This document shows, one piece after another, positions 14,310 through 27,513 of a stretch of DNA of 64,000 nucleotides. The DNA lies in NCBI GenBank assembly GCA_964016885.1, contig OZ024741.1, positions 328,228,001 to 328,292,000 of the forward strand, read 5' to 3'. This stretch comes from Eledone cirrhosa (lineage: Eukaryota). Position numbers and translations under genes: made by a program. The notes beneath the pieces were generated by a model. It was not told the DNA's origin, did not search any database, and was given only the letters and a program-made list of their open reading frames with translations. Every line of letters begins with the position of its first letter. Position 1 is the stretch's first letter.

Positions 14310-14425
14310 AGAAAGGATAAAAAGGACGATTGGTTATTCCTTCATTGCATTTATTGATAGGTGACGCGCGTCACTTATCAATAAATGCAATGAAGGAATA
14401 ACCAATCGTCCTTTTTATCCTTTCT
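14310..14425. repeat. Near-perfect 116-bp palindrome centred on GACGCGCGTC
   Basis: Arms of ~58 bp with one mismatch seen; AATAAA reading outward in each arm. Confidence 0.9.
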
Positions 14426-14531
14426 ATATATTACACTCTGTATAGCTCTACACCTCATCACAGAAGTGAACCTAAACTTCGAGTGCTCTCCCGGGTGAAC
14501 CTGCAGTAACTCCTAGTTACACCCCCTGGAT

Positions 14532-14634
<103 letters not shown>

Positions 14635-14964
14635 TATATGTGTATGTATATATATACTATAAAATATGTCCATAGAATCATTTGATAATATATATACACC
14701 ATTTCCTCTCCCAATTAACATAATCAACCACACAAAAAATCAATTAAACCAGGCTATAAGATTAAAAGGCACCTATGAAGAAATAATAGATAAATAAACG
14801 ACAGCAATTTATTCACGATCAACCGCCATAGAATATTTACCCAACATTTCAATAGCACGTGGAAATCGATTAAATATACCGGCAACCATACACAATTAGG
14901 TATAAAATTAAAGTTAGAAGAAAAAATGCATACACACATACCAGGATTATAAATATATATAGTA

Positions 14965-15785
14965 ATAATAATAAATGTGAAGACTAAAATCCAAAGACGT
15001 CTCCATAAGGATAGATATATATCAAATATATAAGAACCCTAGAGCAAATATTTATTAAAATAACAAATTAAGCAAAGAATCGCTGCTTTCACCCTTAACA
15101 TATGTTTTGTGTAGGTACGTATTCTTTCTCGTACGTATATATGCTTGTATTTGTTATAACTGTATATATAATATTTTGCCTTTCATATTTACGGGGGTCG
15201 ATAAAATAAAGTACCAGTAATGTACTGGATAGTGCCAAAAGTAGAAACAATTATATATACTAGTATATGTGTATATGGTTATGTGTACATGTGTATGTTG
15301 TGTTTGTGTGTGTATATGTGTATGCGTGTTTGCACGTATGTAAGGTGTGATATGTGTACATTGCGTTTTGGTTGACGTACGCTTGGTGAACATATGTGCT
15401 TTTACGTGTAGGTATGTGTGTGCGTGCGGTATATACGTATTTATGTGTGTAAATTTATATAGGTTTATGTAATTATATGTATATACACACACACATATAT
15501 ATATTTTTTTTTATGTGTATTTGGTGTATACGTTCATATGTGTGCGGGTAGATGTGTCACACGAGTTTATGTATGTGTGTGCGTGTTTATGTGCATGCAT
15601 GGCGGGTGTTTCCGCGTATGCATGTGTATGTCCGTATATAGATGCGTGTGTGTATATATTTAATTATTATTGATTTTAATAACCTCTGTCATTTTCGTTC
15701 TACTAATTTATTTACATTATTCTTAACTCTGAAACCGAGAATCATTCGGTTTCCTACATAGACTATTAGTCTACGACTTCATTTA
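14965..15785 (+). mobile_element. Non-coding PLE fragment (inverted pLTR piece plus 3' UTR), same family as 46634-48610, with a SINE 3' fragment at 15173-15255
   Basis: TTCTTAACTCTG...ATTCGGT...TTAGTCTACGACTTC shared with 48140-48200. Confidence 0.6.
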
Positions 15786-15799
15786 TATATATGTGTATT

Positions 15800-15841
<42 letters not shown>

Positions 15842-16412
15842 TGTGTGTGTGTGTGTGTGTTTGTGTCCTTGTGTGCATGTGTGTCTGTATGTATGTGTAT
15901 TTGCATGTTATTCTGTCATTGTATCAACAAATCTTGGCAACTGTTTTTGGACACGGTTTATTGAAGAATTTATCTCAACGATTCTGAGTAGTTTTCTCAG
16001 CTTAATTATCGCCAAGTAGGTAAACTAATTAATGTATAACATGAATGTTTCTACCGAGGGCCATGTCCAAATTATAATTTCAATTTTAAGAGGAACATTT
16101 TTATTGCGCACCTCAAGAGGGTAATTTTCTCAAAAGCTTTTTTTTTGCAAAATGTTGTTTGGCTATAAAGCTATCTTCGCTTTATTCCTCGAGGGTCTGT
16201 ATTACTATTCCAAACATTTCAACTAAACTATTTGTAGTAGCAACAAAATCGAATTTTATAAATAATTATCCATTCACGGGCACTGTAATCTTCATGGAGT
16301 CTTTGCAGCATCATCATGACATACTTAGAGCTGGCAGAGCCCATACCTCTCCATTCTGGTCACAGGCGGTTTCGACCATAGATCTATTCATTCAGTCATT
16401 ATGTAGAAAAGT

Positions 16413-16480
<68 letters not shown>

Positions 16481-16759
16481 TACGACAACGAAAGAGATAT
16501 ATAGCGGAAGAATAGAATTCAGTATTGGTCAGGTCGTTTATTTACCGATATGGAAAGGTTGAAACGCAAAGTTGAACCCAGCCAGATTTGAACTCATAGA
16601 TGCGGAACAAACATAACACAGCATTCTATCTAACGTTCTGACGTCTGGGCTAATTCGCCGCTAAATCCACTGAATAAGCAATATTTATAATTGAATAATA
16701 TTAGAATATCTTTCTCGCAAATATTAGCTTTTGTTCGTATTGGAAATAATTGTTACTAC

Positions 16760-16935
16760 TATTGGCACAAAGCCAGCAATTTGAGTAATGTACTCTAGTA
16801 CATTACTTTGCCTTTCACCCCGAAAGAATGAAAGGCAAAGTTAACCTCGGCGGGATTTGAACTAAAAATGGCAAGGGCCGCAACTCTATGCGTCAAAGCA
16901 TTGCGTCCGACCTTCTACCGATACTGCCAATTCAC
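16760..16935 (-). mobile_element. SINE (rearranged internally); more decayed copy at ~16500-16660
   Basis: GAAAGGCAAAGTTAACCTCGGCGGGATTTGAAC...CTACCGATACTGCCAATTCAC is the reverse complement of the consensus. Confidence 0.8.
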
Positions 16936-17149
16936 TCTTCTTAAACAAAGCAAGTTTACATCTTCGTTCTCAAACTACTGACATTCTTTCCCGAGTCTCA
17001 TAATCTAATTCATAGATATGATTCGAGAAACTAAATTAATTTGAGAAGGTGTAACCAATATCGCAGATGCGAGAAAAACCACAAACCCTCGATCTCAATT
17101 CTACATTTTAATTAAACATACGGTATATTGCCAAATATACTATACATAC

Positions 17150-17184
<35 letters not shown>

Positions 17185-17190
<6 letters not shown>

Positions 17191-17434
17191 CAAATCGTAA
17201 TGGACCAAAATCGCTAGGGTGAAAAAAATACTAACTACAGACAATGGGGTTTGCTAGACTCAATTTAAGAATAAATTAAGAAAAATAAATACAAACCAGT
17301 ATTGGTAGTTACCACAGTACTGGTTTGTATTTATTTTTCTTAATTTATTCTTAAATTGAGTCTAGCAAACCCTATTGTCTGTAGTTAGTATTTTTTTCAC
17401 CCTAGCGATTTTGATCCATTACGATTTGAACATA
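17185..17434. repeat. ~250-bp palindrome (foldback) within (TA)n
   Basis: ATGTTCAAATCGTAATGGA...CAAACCAGTA / TACTGGTTTG...TCCATTACGATTTGAACAT. Confidence 0.9.
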
Positions 17435-17633
17435 TATATATATATATATATATGTGTGTCTGTATTCGTTTTTCCATTTTGTTCAGTTATATATGTGTAT
17501 GTATATCTATATATATATATATATATGTTTTGTGTATCTCTGTATGTATATATATATATATATGTGTGTATACACTTATATATATATATATGATATACAT
17601 ACATATATATACATACAGAGAGGCGTGTATATA

Positions 17634-17694
<61 letters not shown>

Positions 17695-18649
17695 AACCAT
17701 ACCAATACTCATCCTAGTAGCAGAACTCCCCCCCCCCCAATTCCATCAGTACACACCAGCCGCATAGTTTAAACAACCGTACTCCTACTAATCGCAATCG
17801 TATTTGCAACTGACGTAACCCCCTGCGTGCCCGCTTAACGGGTAGTGCCTTACGCCCAATATCGTTTATAGGTGCATGGGTAGAACGGCCTCATCTTTAA
17901 CCTCCTCTATAATGCGCACTCATTTTCATTCCGCGAACCTAGCCATAGATGCCCAACTTCTCTAGCCAGCCTTATTAAAAACCTTAAACTAGCCAACATT
18001 GAACATTCACTAACTTGGGATATCTCAGCTAGATCTCCAGCGTTTAATGGGAGGAGAAACTGTTGCGATCTCTGTCTTAGCGAGGCCTATCACATATCCT
18101 TGTCAAGGCCACTTACCATCAATGACAGGATTGAGTTGGTCATCAACTGCCATCACCGCAGATCGAGCTCCTTCGCTAACAAAATATTCGACCCAATTTA
18201 TCCGACCCTTTAGTCATGCTCCTCCCTATAACTAACAAACTAAAGACATCGTTAGTCCACCATATACATACCTATAAGTTACCTCCCTCGCATTATCTTA
18301 GTTACACATCTAAATGTGACTACACATATAAGCCACCTCCCCAGCATTATCTTGGTTACAACTCTCATGGGGCCTTTGGCTCTAAGGAGTAACCTCCTGG
18401 AAACCCATCTCTATTTAATAAGGTAATTTTCCTACAAGAAGCCATCTTGTTATGTGATAGGCGGCATTGTTTACTTTCAGCCTCGGCAGATATGTAATGT
18501 TTGTTTATACCATACACTTGAGTTCTCCAATGCCAAGGGACCCCATCTAGGGAGCTGCTAATCTGAAGATTCTTTACAGACACGTAACCCTCTTATTTTA
18601 TTTTTATTTCTACTTCATATATATTAATAATTTCTTTATCTAATCTCAA

Positions 18650-18772
18650 GTTCCGAGGATCTGCTCCATAATATTATTTTATGTTACTTATCTTTCTCTG
18701 CACCAAATCAATAACGATCCTACCATCGATTGATCCAGAAATATTATATGGAGTAGTGAAACAATTGTAAAC
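18650..18772 (+). ncRNA. Hammerhead-like motif, CCGAGGA core, long stem II; in a repeat (~18290-18840) homologous to ~23690-24140
   Basis: GTT-CCGAGGA-tCTGCTCCATA...TATGGAGTAGt-GAAA-CAATTG-TA-AAC. Confidence 0.65.
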
Positions 18773-18849
18773 TGACATTCTTATCCTCTCTGTTTTATAT
18801 TAAACTACCCTTAATGTTGATACTCTTTGACTAATGTCTTCTATACGAG

Positions 18850-18901
<52 letters not shown>

Positions 18902-18980
18902 ATAGTATATGCATTATATTTCGTTTCTGAATTTGTTTAGCAAGATTCTTTATCTGAAAACTTGTGTTGAAACCGATAGT

Positions 18981-19308
18981 GTTATACTTTGGGAGGGTCA
19001 TATTGCCATTAAGAAACACTTGCACCAGATGCGTTCACTTCAATTTATTATCAATTAAATTTATAAATTTAGGAATTTATAAATTTCCGATTTGTTGGTT
19101 GGTTCTACAACCAGATGATTGTTCATATGTGAACAGTCATTGTTCAATATATGAACAATCATCTGGTTGTGGATCCAACCAAACAACCGGAAATTTATAA
19201 ATTCCTAAATTTATGAATTTAATTTATAATTTATAATTCATAATAAATTGAAGTAACATCAGGTGCGTGTGTTTCTTATTGGCAACATGACCCTCCCAAG
19301 GTATAACA
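18981..19308. repeat. ~330-bp palindrome, PLE pLTR-like; terminal motif also at 46441-46465
   Basis: TGTTATACTTTGGGAGGGTCAT / ATGACCCTCCCAAGGTATAACA termini; GAAATTTATAAATTCCT and AATAAA in both arms. Confidence 0.85.
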
Positions 19309-19485
19309 ATATGAAATATATATATATATAAATTATATAGATTATGTATATTATATATATATATATTATATATATATATATATAATATGCAGGAGTGTGC
19401 AGAACAATAATATAAAAGACGTAAAATAAGAAAATATTTTTTAAAAAATTTTTAAAAATTTTTTTACTTACTTACTTAAATTTTC

Positions 19486-19567
19486 ACTCCAACTAATTAG
19501 TTTCTGCAATGGGATAAAGACAGTTACGTAATCCAACTGTCGAGAATTCATTGCGTCATCAGGGAGT
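19486..19567 (-). ncRNA. Type-I hammerhead motif
   Basis: Reverse complement of 20239-20320. Confidence 0.85.
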
Positions 19568-20238
19568 ATATTCTCAGCTGAGTCTCCAGGCAATGCGCGG
19601 ACACTGGCGGCTCATATAAAAATAATAATAATTCGGTAGAAAGAACAGCTGGCGAGGACTGGATTCTATGTACTGAAATTCTCACTGCTTCTAGTCAAAT
19701 GGCCGATTCTAAAGAATCAATCACGTGACACAGAGGCTAGTTAGAAGGAATGGGATGGTAAGATGACTGACGCCTACTAACACCCCAAAAAAATTTAGAA
19801 GTGGTTTTGGCAGGTTTGCTCGACAAATCAGTGATTTGGAGATAAATATAGATAATTTAATATATCAACTAACATAGGCGCACAGATGCACGTCCATGCC
19901 AGCAAATACACAGGTTATGTCATAGTACCTAGGTGGTTCAATGCAGGAGGGTGCAGAACAATAATATAAAAGACGTAAAATAAGAAAATATTTTTTAAAA
20001 AATTTTTTTTTAATTTTTTACTTACTTACTTAAATTTTCACTCCAACTAATTAGTTTCTGCAATGGGATAATATGTGTCACGTGATTGATTCTTTAGAAT
20101 CGGCCATTTGACTAGAAGCAGTGAGAATTTCAGTACATAGAATCCAGTCCTCGCCAGCTGTTCTTTCTACCGAATTATTATTATTTTTATATGAGCCGCC
20201 AGTGTCCGCGCATTGCCTGGAGACTCAGCTGAGAATAG

Positions 20239-20320
20239 ACTCCCTGATGACGCAATGAATTCTCGACAGTTGGATTACGTAACTGTCTTTATCCCATTGC
20301 AGAAACTAATTAGTTGGAGT
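20239..20320 (+). ncRNA. Type-I hammerhead motif with extended stem II and palindromic stem III
   Basis: ACTCC-CTGATGA-cGCAATG...GACAGTT..AACTGTC...CATTGCa-GAAA-CTAATTAG-TT-GGAGT. Confidence 0.85.
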
Positions 20321-20509
20321 GAAAATTTAAGTAAGTAAGTAAAAAAATTTAAAAAAAATTTCTTTTAAATATTTTCTTATTTTACGTCTTTTATATTATT
20401 GTTCTGCACCCTCCTGTATTGAACCACCTAGGTACTATGACATAACCTGTGTATTTGCTGGCATGGACGTGCATCTGTGCGCCTATGTTAGTTGATATAT
20501 TAAATTATC

Positions 20510-20556
<47 letters not shown>

Positions 20557-21843
20557 GTGTGTGTGTAATAGATTTGATAGATACATCTAATGGTGTCGCT
20601 TCCTCGTATATTTTAATGGCGTAAAACTTTTCTCTGTACCCATTGAGCAACTATGCGGAAAACCTTTTAATACATGGTAGGAATTGTTTATCTATCCCGA
20701 GAAAAATAACTTTAGAATGTTATATGCATGCGAATTATATAAAATAAGTGGTGGTGAGGTTCTTGAAAAAATGGTTTATATATATATATATATATATATG
20801 ACCAGTTAATTTTCTTGATTTACTAGTTGATTCTATTGACTGATGAATAGCTTATGTTAATTTTAACCCTTCTGTTGAGAACTCTATTCGATTTGTGACG
20901 TTGTTGCATTCTTGCAAAAATATACACAACTGAATTCATTCGCCTGATATACGGGTTTCCACTCTTGCCGATCCCCACGTGGGGTCAGCAATAGTCAGTC
21001 CTTGTATTAACATTGAACTAAAACCTGTTGAGAAAGTGGCTTCCTTGTTGAATCATCTTACCAGAAGCCTGACATTATTTATGTAAGCGGACAGTACTTG
21101 ATTTACGAGTCGCAGAAACCCATATACTGGATTTTACCAACCTTCCAGGGGTCCGGGTAAATTTTCAATACCCGAATTACTTGATCGTTTTTTCTTTTGG
21201 CTATGCGAATGATTGTTTAACCATCGTCTTAGTGTGTTTGGCCTTTAACGTTTGTTATAGCTCGGGTTTATCTGAATCATTGAGCACTTGCCACACATCT
21301 CGGTGTCTTAAAAGACTTATTTTTCAGTGACTTTTCAATCAGGCGAAAAAGGGCACTCTTCGACAAACCTACATTTGGCGCAAAATCAATTTTTAACATT
21401 CACGTGACCTCTACCGACCAATCAAAATTGTTTTGACTACAAGAATGTTTGCAACACAAATTGGCGCGAAACTTATATTACTCATTCACGTGACATTCAA
21501 CAACCAACCAAATCTTAATACCATCTGGAGCCACTTTTTTCACATAAAACAGGTAGAATTTCCAAAACTGATCAGATTAGAGCAAACATCACGGGGGCTC
21601 TATCTCAAAATTATTTTTGAAAAGTATTAGAAATGCGCAACCGCTAAAAACTTAAAACTAAAACTTAATACTAACCAATACTTATTACTAATTTTTACTT
21701 ATTCCTAATTAAACTATTTTTCACTGGGAAAAATTTATCAGCATTTTCTTTTCCTTTTACTAATATATCACAACTCGTGTGTTACACCTCTATTCTTTTA
21801 AATATATATATAGATATAGATATAGATATATATATATAAATGA

Positions 21844-21899
21844 AAAGTAAGAATAATATTTTCCCCACATTAAAATTAGAAATCATCCACTTAAAGACC

Positions 21900-21949
<50 letters not shown>

Positions 21950-22005
21950 GGTCTTTAAGTGGCTGATTTCTAATTTTAATGTGGGGAAAATGTTATTCTT
22001 ACTTT
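21844..22005. repeat. Inverted repeat (~57-bp arms) around a central (TA)n
   Basis: AAGTAAGAATAA...CACTTAAAGACCG-(TA)n-CGGTCTTTAAGTG...TTATTCTTACTT. Confidence 0.85.
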
Positions 22006-22541
22006 GAGAGGGTTTCCACGTCATAGTTGTAGGAAAGACTTCTAATTGAGCGAATTATATTGCTATTTTCTGGACAGAGACAATAGTACAGTTAGGAAAA
22101 AATAACTGTGTCATATAATCAATCAGATGAAGCATTTTTGATCATATTCAATACAGTCTATAATTTCTATTCAATAGGATCATTGGAGATGTATGGAGAG
22201 GTATCGAAGTATATATACTAAAGGAAGGCCTCTCGACTAGAAATCAAGAGAAGGTCACACATAGCTGACAGAATATATCGTTGATTGGCACGTAATTATG
22301 GTATTTTAGTCTGATATTCTGAACTCTTCAAGGATAATGTGACCTCAGTTTTGAAATGATGCATCAAGGGAGAAACTATGATAGATGATGGATGTCAGAC
22401 TGATTGGTTCTTGGGAAGTAATTAGGCAATTTACATCTTGTACATAAAATCTTGCTACGAATATCTTAAATCTTAATTGCGCTATAGAGAGCAGTTAGCG
22501 AGAAAATGCTGAATGTAAGCCTGTCTGTCTATTTGTGTATG

Positions 22542-22581
<40 letters not shown>

Positions 22582-22600
22582 AACACACACACACACACAA

Positions 22601-22679
<79 letters not shown>

Positions 22680-22697
22680 TATATATATATATGTATC

Positions 22698-22728
<31 letters not shown>

Positions 22729-22805
22729 TTATATATATATGTATATATATATATATATATGTATTTATATATATATACATGTATTTATATATATATATAT
22801 ACATG

Positions 22806-22852
<47 letters not shown>

Positions 22853-23932
22853 AAAACGTGCTGCTGGGTTGCTTATGGGTTACATATGAATAAAGTTAGT
22901 CCTTCATCAGTGATCTTCCAACCATCATTGGTATTTCATCGCTTTAGAGACCATATACCTCCGGTTGGTGCGAGCAACGGCTAAAAAAGTCGTTGGGACA
23001 TGTAAATAAAGGGAACAGTGAGAGTGTAAACAAACAAAGATGGTGAAGCAACGAAAAATGAGGAAGAAGTAGTCAAGTCCAAAAATTTGTATGAATATAA
23101 GAGAGAATAAAGACCATCAAACCTGGTTGAAATGTGAGCAAGGAAGGAATTTCGCACAGGTCTAACGGGAGGAAGAAGGGGTCTAGTCTGTGAATTCGGT
23201 AAACATAAGTTCTGTGAAATCGTAGACGAGAGAGAGAAAAAATTCCGACCGGCCTGGCCAAGTGTGCGAAAGAAAAGAATTACGCACAGGTCAAACGGGA
23301 AGAAGGGGGAGTAGGAGAGGTAGTAACAGAGAGTGAGTGAGTGAAGGGAGAGGAAGAGGCTAACAGAGAGAGTGACTGCTAGAGAGGGTAATGATACAGA
23401 GAAAGAGGAAGCAGTAAGAACGAAATAGACGTGTAACAGCGGGGAAAAAAATATGTGTAAATATATATATACACACAGTTCAAGAGTAACCAATCTTAAA
23501 GAGAGAGATGGAGATAGGAGAGAAGATAGGAGAGGAGAGATTGGTGAATTAGTTAGAAGCCAAAGCGTAAAGGCATGTGCTCAATGTGCAATATGCAGTA
23601 GAAAGCAGCTAGGGGGCTGGGTTCATGCAGAAGTTAGGCGCGCAGAGCTGTAAATATTCATTAGTTAAACAAAACTATAAACTACCCACAATTTCTAATT
23701 TCTTGATGAGTTACTTCCCCTGAAACCACCCTCTAATTAGTAAGGTAAATATGTCCTTTGACGGCCATCTTGTTACCCATAGGCAGATCTCACACAATGC
23801 AGCCTCTACAGATCAATACTGCTTGATTATGTCTGACAACTGATACAACCAGGACACTATAGTGAAACACCAATATATCGAACACTACATTATGTAACAT
23901 TCTCTCCTTATTTTAATTTATATTCCTTTGAA

Positions 23933-24051
23933 GTTCCGATGAGCCGCTCTGTTTTTAAATATGTTAATTATTTTCAACTGAACCAGATCAATAATGATAT
24001 ATAGTCATCTGATCTAGAAATATTATATGGAGTAGCGAAACAATTGTAAAC
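23933..24051 (+). ncRNA. Hammerhead-like motif, CCGATGA core (paralog of 18650)
   Basis: GTT-CCGATGA-GCCGCTCTGT...ATGGAGTAGC-GAAA-CAATTG-TA-AAC. Confidence 0.65.
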
Positions 24052-24176
24052 GTACATTATTATTATTAATATTATTATTATTATTCTCTACATATCTTAC
24101 ATCAAACTAAAATATGCTGACAATCTTTTAATAATGTCTTCCTTATGAAATGTGTGGCCTTGTTTTGTTTAACTAA

Positions 24177-24215
<39 letters not shown>

Positions 24216-25168
24216 TTGGTGTACATATATAGATTTGTGTGAATGTGTATAATATTTGGTTTGGAAGAGTCAATTTCCATGTGTATTCACACGAATTCAT
24301 AGATTAACAAAGACAGATATCTATAAATAATATTTTATACAATTTTTACCACTTATCGAAGACCGTAAGGGAGTACCAAACCCATGATAATATACAAAAT
24401 ATTCACATGTACATAGGTGATCAGTTGCCTACAATTTCTCTCTCTTTATCTCTCGCTCTCTCACTCTTGCTTATCCTCACACACACACACACACACACAT
24501 TATCTCTCTCTCTATCTCTCTCTGATTGCCTAAAAGTTGTGTTTGATAACGAGTTGAACCGTACAAAAATATTAATCTTTATACACATTACTCTTTATAT
24601 AAATAAATGGCGAAAGAGCTCTAGGTCAGGGATAAAGGATTTTTAAGACTCAAATATGAACAATATGCAAAACTAAAACAATAACTACACTCTGCTAAAC
24701 ACACAAATAATTTCATTCTTCAGTTGTTCAACGTATGGTAAAACTTGCCTGGTTTAGGCTTGCTTAACATCACCTCTCAGAACTCATCCTCATACTGTTG
24801 GTTCAAATTATATAAACTTCTATTCAAGAAACACACTCTTACACACACATAGCAAAAGAATACGCACATAGACACACACACGTATATTTAAATATATAAA
24901 TATATAAATAATATGTATATACATATATCATATAGATGTATATATATATATATATATATATGTATGTTTGTGTGTGTGTGTGTGTATGGTGTGCTCATTC
25001 GCAGAGCTGCTATAATATAGCATAAGAAACAGGTATGTTCTAGCATTTTCTTGTTTCAACCTCCTATATACTAACTTTATATTAACTGTATCTATCTAGG
25101 ACTACTTAACAGTCCGAGAAATCAGCTAAGTATGTATGTAGACACACACACACACATACACACACACT

Positions 25169-25214
<46 letters not shown>

Positions 25215-25281
25215 CAAATATACTTACGTACATACATACACATTGCTGTATAGTTAACAGAATTTCAAGAGGACAATATGT

Positions 25282-25390
<109 letters not shown>

Positions 25391-25665
25391 TGTGTGTGTG
25401 CCTGCGCTTGTGTGTGTGTGTGTAGAAAGCTGTAAAAATCCAAAGATTGACTACACCACGAAGATTTAATGTTGACTGGTATGGTGCATTAGCGTATTAT
25501 ATTTGTTTTCACCACCTATGCCTACTTTAATTGAAAATTGATATAACTTTCCATTAAATATATTTATTTTTCATTATACCACTCAGTGGGATGAGTTGTT
25601 CCTAACTGCAATTTCGAAAAAGATTTTAATGGTACTGTGCTTCATCCGAAAGCATTATTTTAATT

Positions 25666-25775
25666 AAATCCCGCCGAGGTTGACTTTGCCTTTCATCCTT
25701 ACGGGGTCGATAAAATAAAGTACCAGTAATGCACTGGGTATTTGCTGGCCTTGTGCCTAACGTAGAAACAATTAT
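25666..25775 (+). mobile_element. 5'-truncated SINE with TSD ATTATTTTAATTA
   Basis: Consensus from AAATCCCGCCGAGG onward; direct repeat on both sides. Confidence 0.85.
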
Positions 25776-25839
25776 TTTAATTAGAAACCATTAATGATAA
25801 TGCGCTTATTACTGCTGCCAGGGGAAAACTATACATATG

Positions 25840-25893
<54 letters not shown>

Positions 25894-26168
25894 GTAATAA
25901 TAATACATTTGAAGTCTAAAATCCAAAGAGGGCTCGCTAAGGATAAATATATATCAAATATATAAGAACCGTAAGGTAAATATTTATTAAAATATTTTAA
26001 TATATATATATAAATATATATAACCAACGATTAATATGATTCATTGATTACTTAATGAATATAGTTTTACAATAGATTAAAAGCACTCTACAAAGAAGTT
26101 TTCTGGAGTTAGTAATATTAATCAAAATATTAATAAATGAATACATTCACATAATCAAAATATATGTT

Positions 26169-26226
26169 TCATTATATCTATTTCAGAGGTACTGTGCCTT
26201 TTTTCAAGTACGCTTTCATCAGATAA
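26169..26226 (-). ncRNA. Hammerhead motif; decayed paralog on plus at ~43590-43645
   Basis: TTAT-CTGATGA-aagcGTACT...AGTACctct-GAAA-TAGATA-TA-ATGA; downstream ATTTTGATTATGTGAA.GTATTCATTTATTAATATT shared with 43653-43689. Confidence 0.6.
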
Positions 26227-27418
26227 ATTATAAGAATTGATGCATGACATACCACAACTGTCTTGATGGTTCAATTCCAATCTTGGTAGTGATTTATTAC
26301 AACAAATCTCAATATTTATATACACAAATAATAACATGATAAACTTAAATATGATGAAGAAGAGGATGTGGAGCAAGATGTAGGTAAAAGAGGCGGTGTG
26401 TATGAAAAATGTAATAAGAGATAAAGAGAGAGAGAGAGTGCGATACATAGAAGAGAAGAGAGAAAAAGAGAGAACAAATAAGATAAGATAGAAGAAGGAG
26501 ACAGAGAGAGAAGAGGGAAGACGTAAGCGCAAAAAGGAAAGAATGAAAGAAAGAAAGAAGAGAGGGACATGATGCATGACCGTTGTTTTTAAATATTAAG
26601 TCAAACAGAAGCGACCAAATAAATTCCGTGAAATTTTTAATATATTTTGTATTTGTTTACGTTTGAGTTAATTATACTAATGTATTAAATCAAAATTAAA
26701 CAATATAAAAATATTTTCTATTTTCTATAGTTCCTTAGTTCAATTTATAAATATATTCAATATTTTGTTGCAAAATTTAAAAATAAAAAATATTTTTACC
26801 TATCAAGCGAGTTTACACACATAATAAATATGTATAAGGTTATTTACCACAACATATTCACATATCACCATCAGTATATGCATTTTATATAATGTTTAGA
26901 ATTATTATCAGAATTATTCATTTTACAATATAAATAATTGTCATTTACTTATAGGATTAATAAGTAGTTTTATTTACTCTTAAAGTATTATTATTTCGAT
27001 TCTATTTTCGTAACTATATCCTAATATCATAATATATGTAGTTTACCTATAACCATTAATATCATGTTAAATATAGAATATTAATCCATTTGGATAAAAA
27101 GAAAATGATATACAAAGAGTGTAAACAAAGAGAGGTAATCCATATGTGCTCATTTATATTATCTAAATGCTTTATAAGCCAGAAGATATTTTAAACCACA
27201 AGTACAGAAAGTTTTAGTTACACGAAGGCAGTTCAAAAAATCGAATTTATGAAAGTGAATCACCTCATGAGATTAATTTACTATTTAAAAAAAAAACGAT
27301 ATACAATTTTAGGTAAGGCAAAACATTATATATATAATAACAATAATTCAAGAATTATTAATAATAATTGTTTCTAGAAGGCTCCGTAAGGATGAAAGGC
27401 AAAGTTAACCTCGGCGGG

Positions 27419-27509
<91 letters not shown>

Positions 27510-27513
<4 letters not shown>

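Larger units (their letters stand above)
19386..20512. mobile_element. Non-coding PLE-type locus: partial tandem repeat on minus (19386-20071, period ~555 bp) plus inverted copy (20074-20512), with hammerheads
   Basis: ATGCAGGAG.GTGCAGAACAATAATATAAAAGACG at 19387 and 19940; 20074-20512 is the reverse complement. Confidence 0.85.

Noticed and set aside
20800-21720. Possible DNA transposon or promoter remnant with CACGTG and CCAAT motifs
   Set aside because: No TIRs, ORF motif or second copy found
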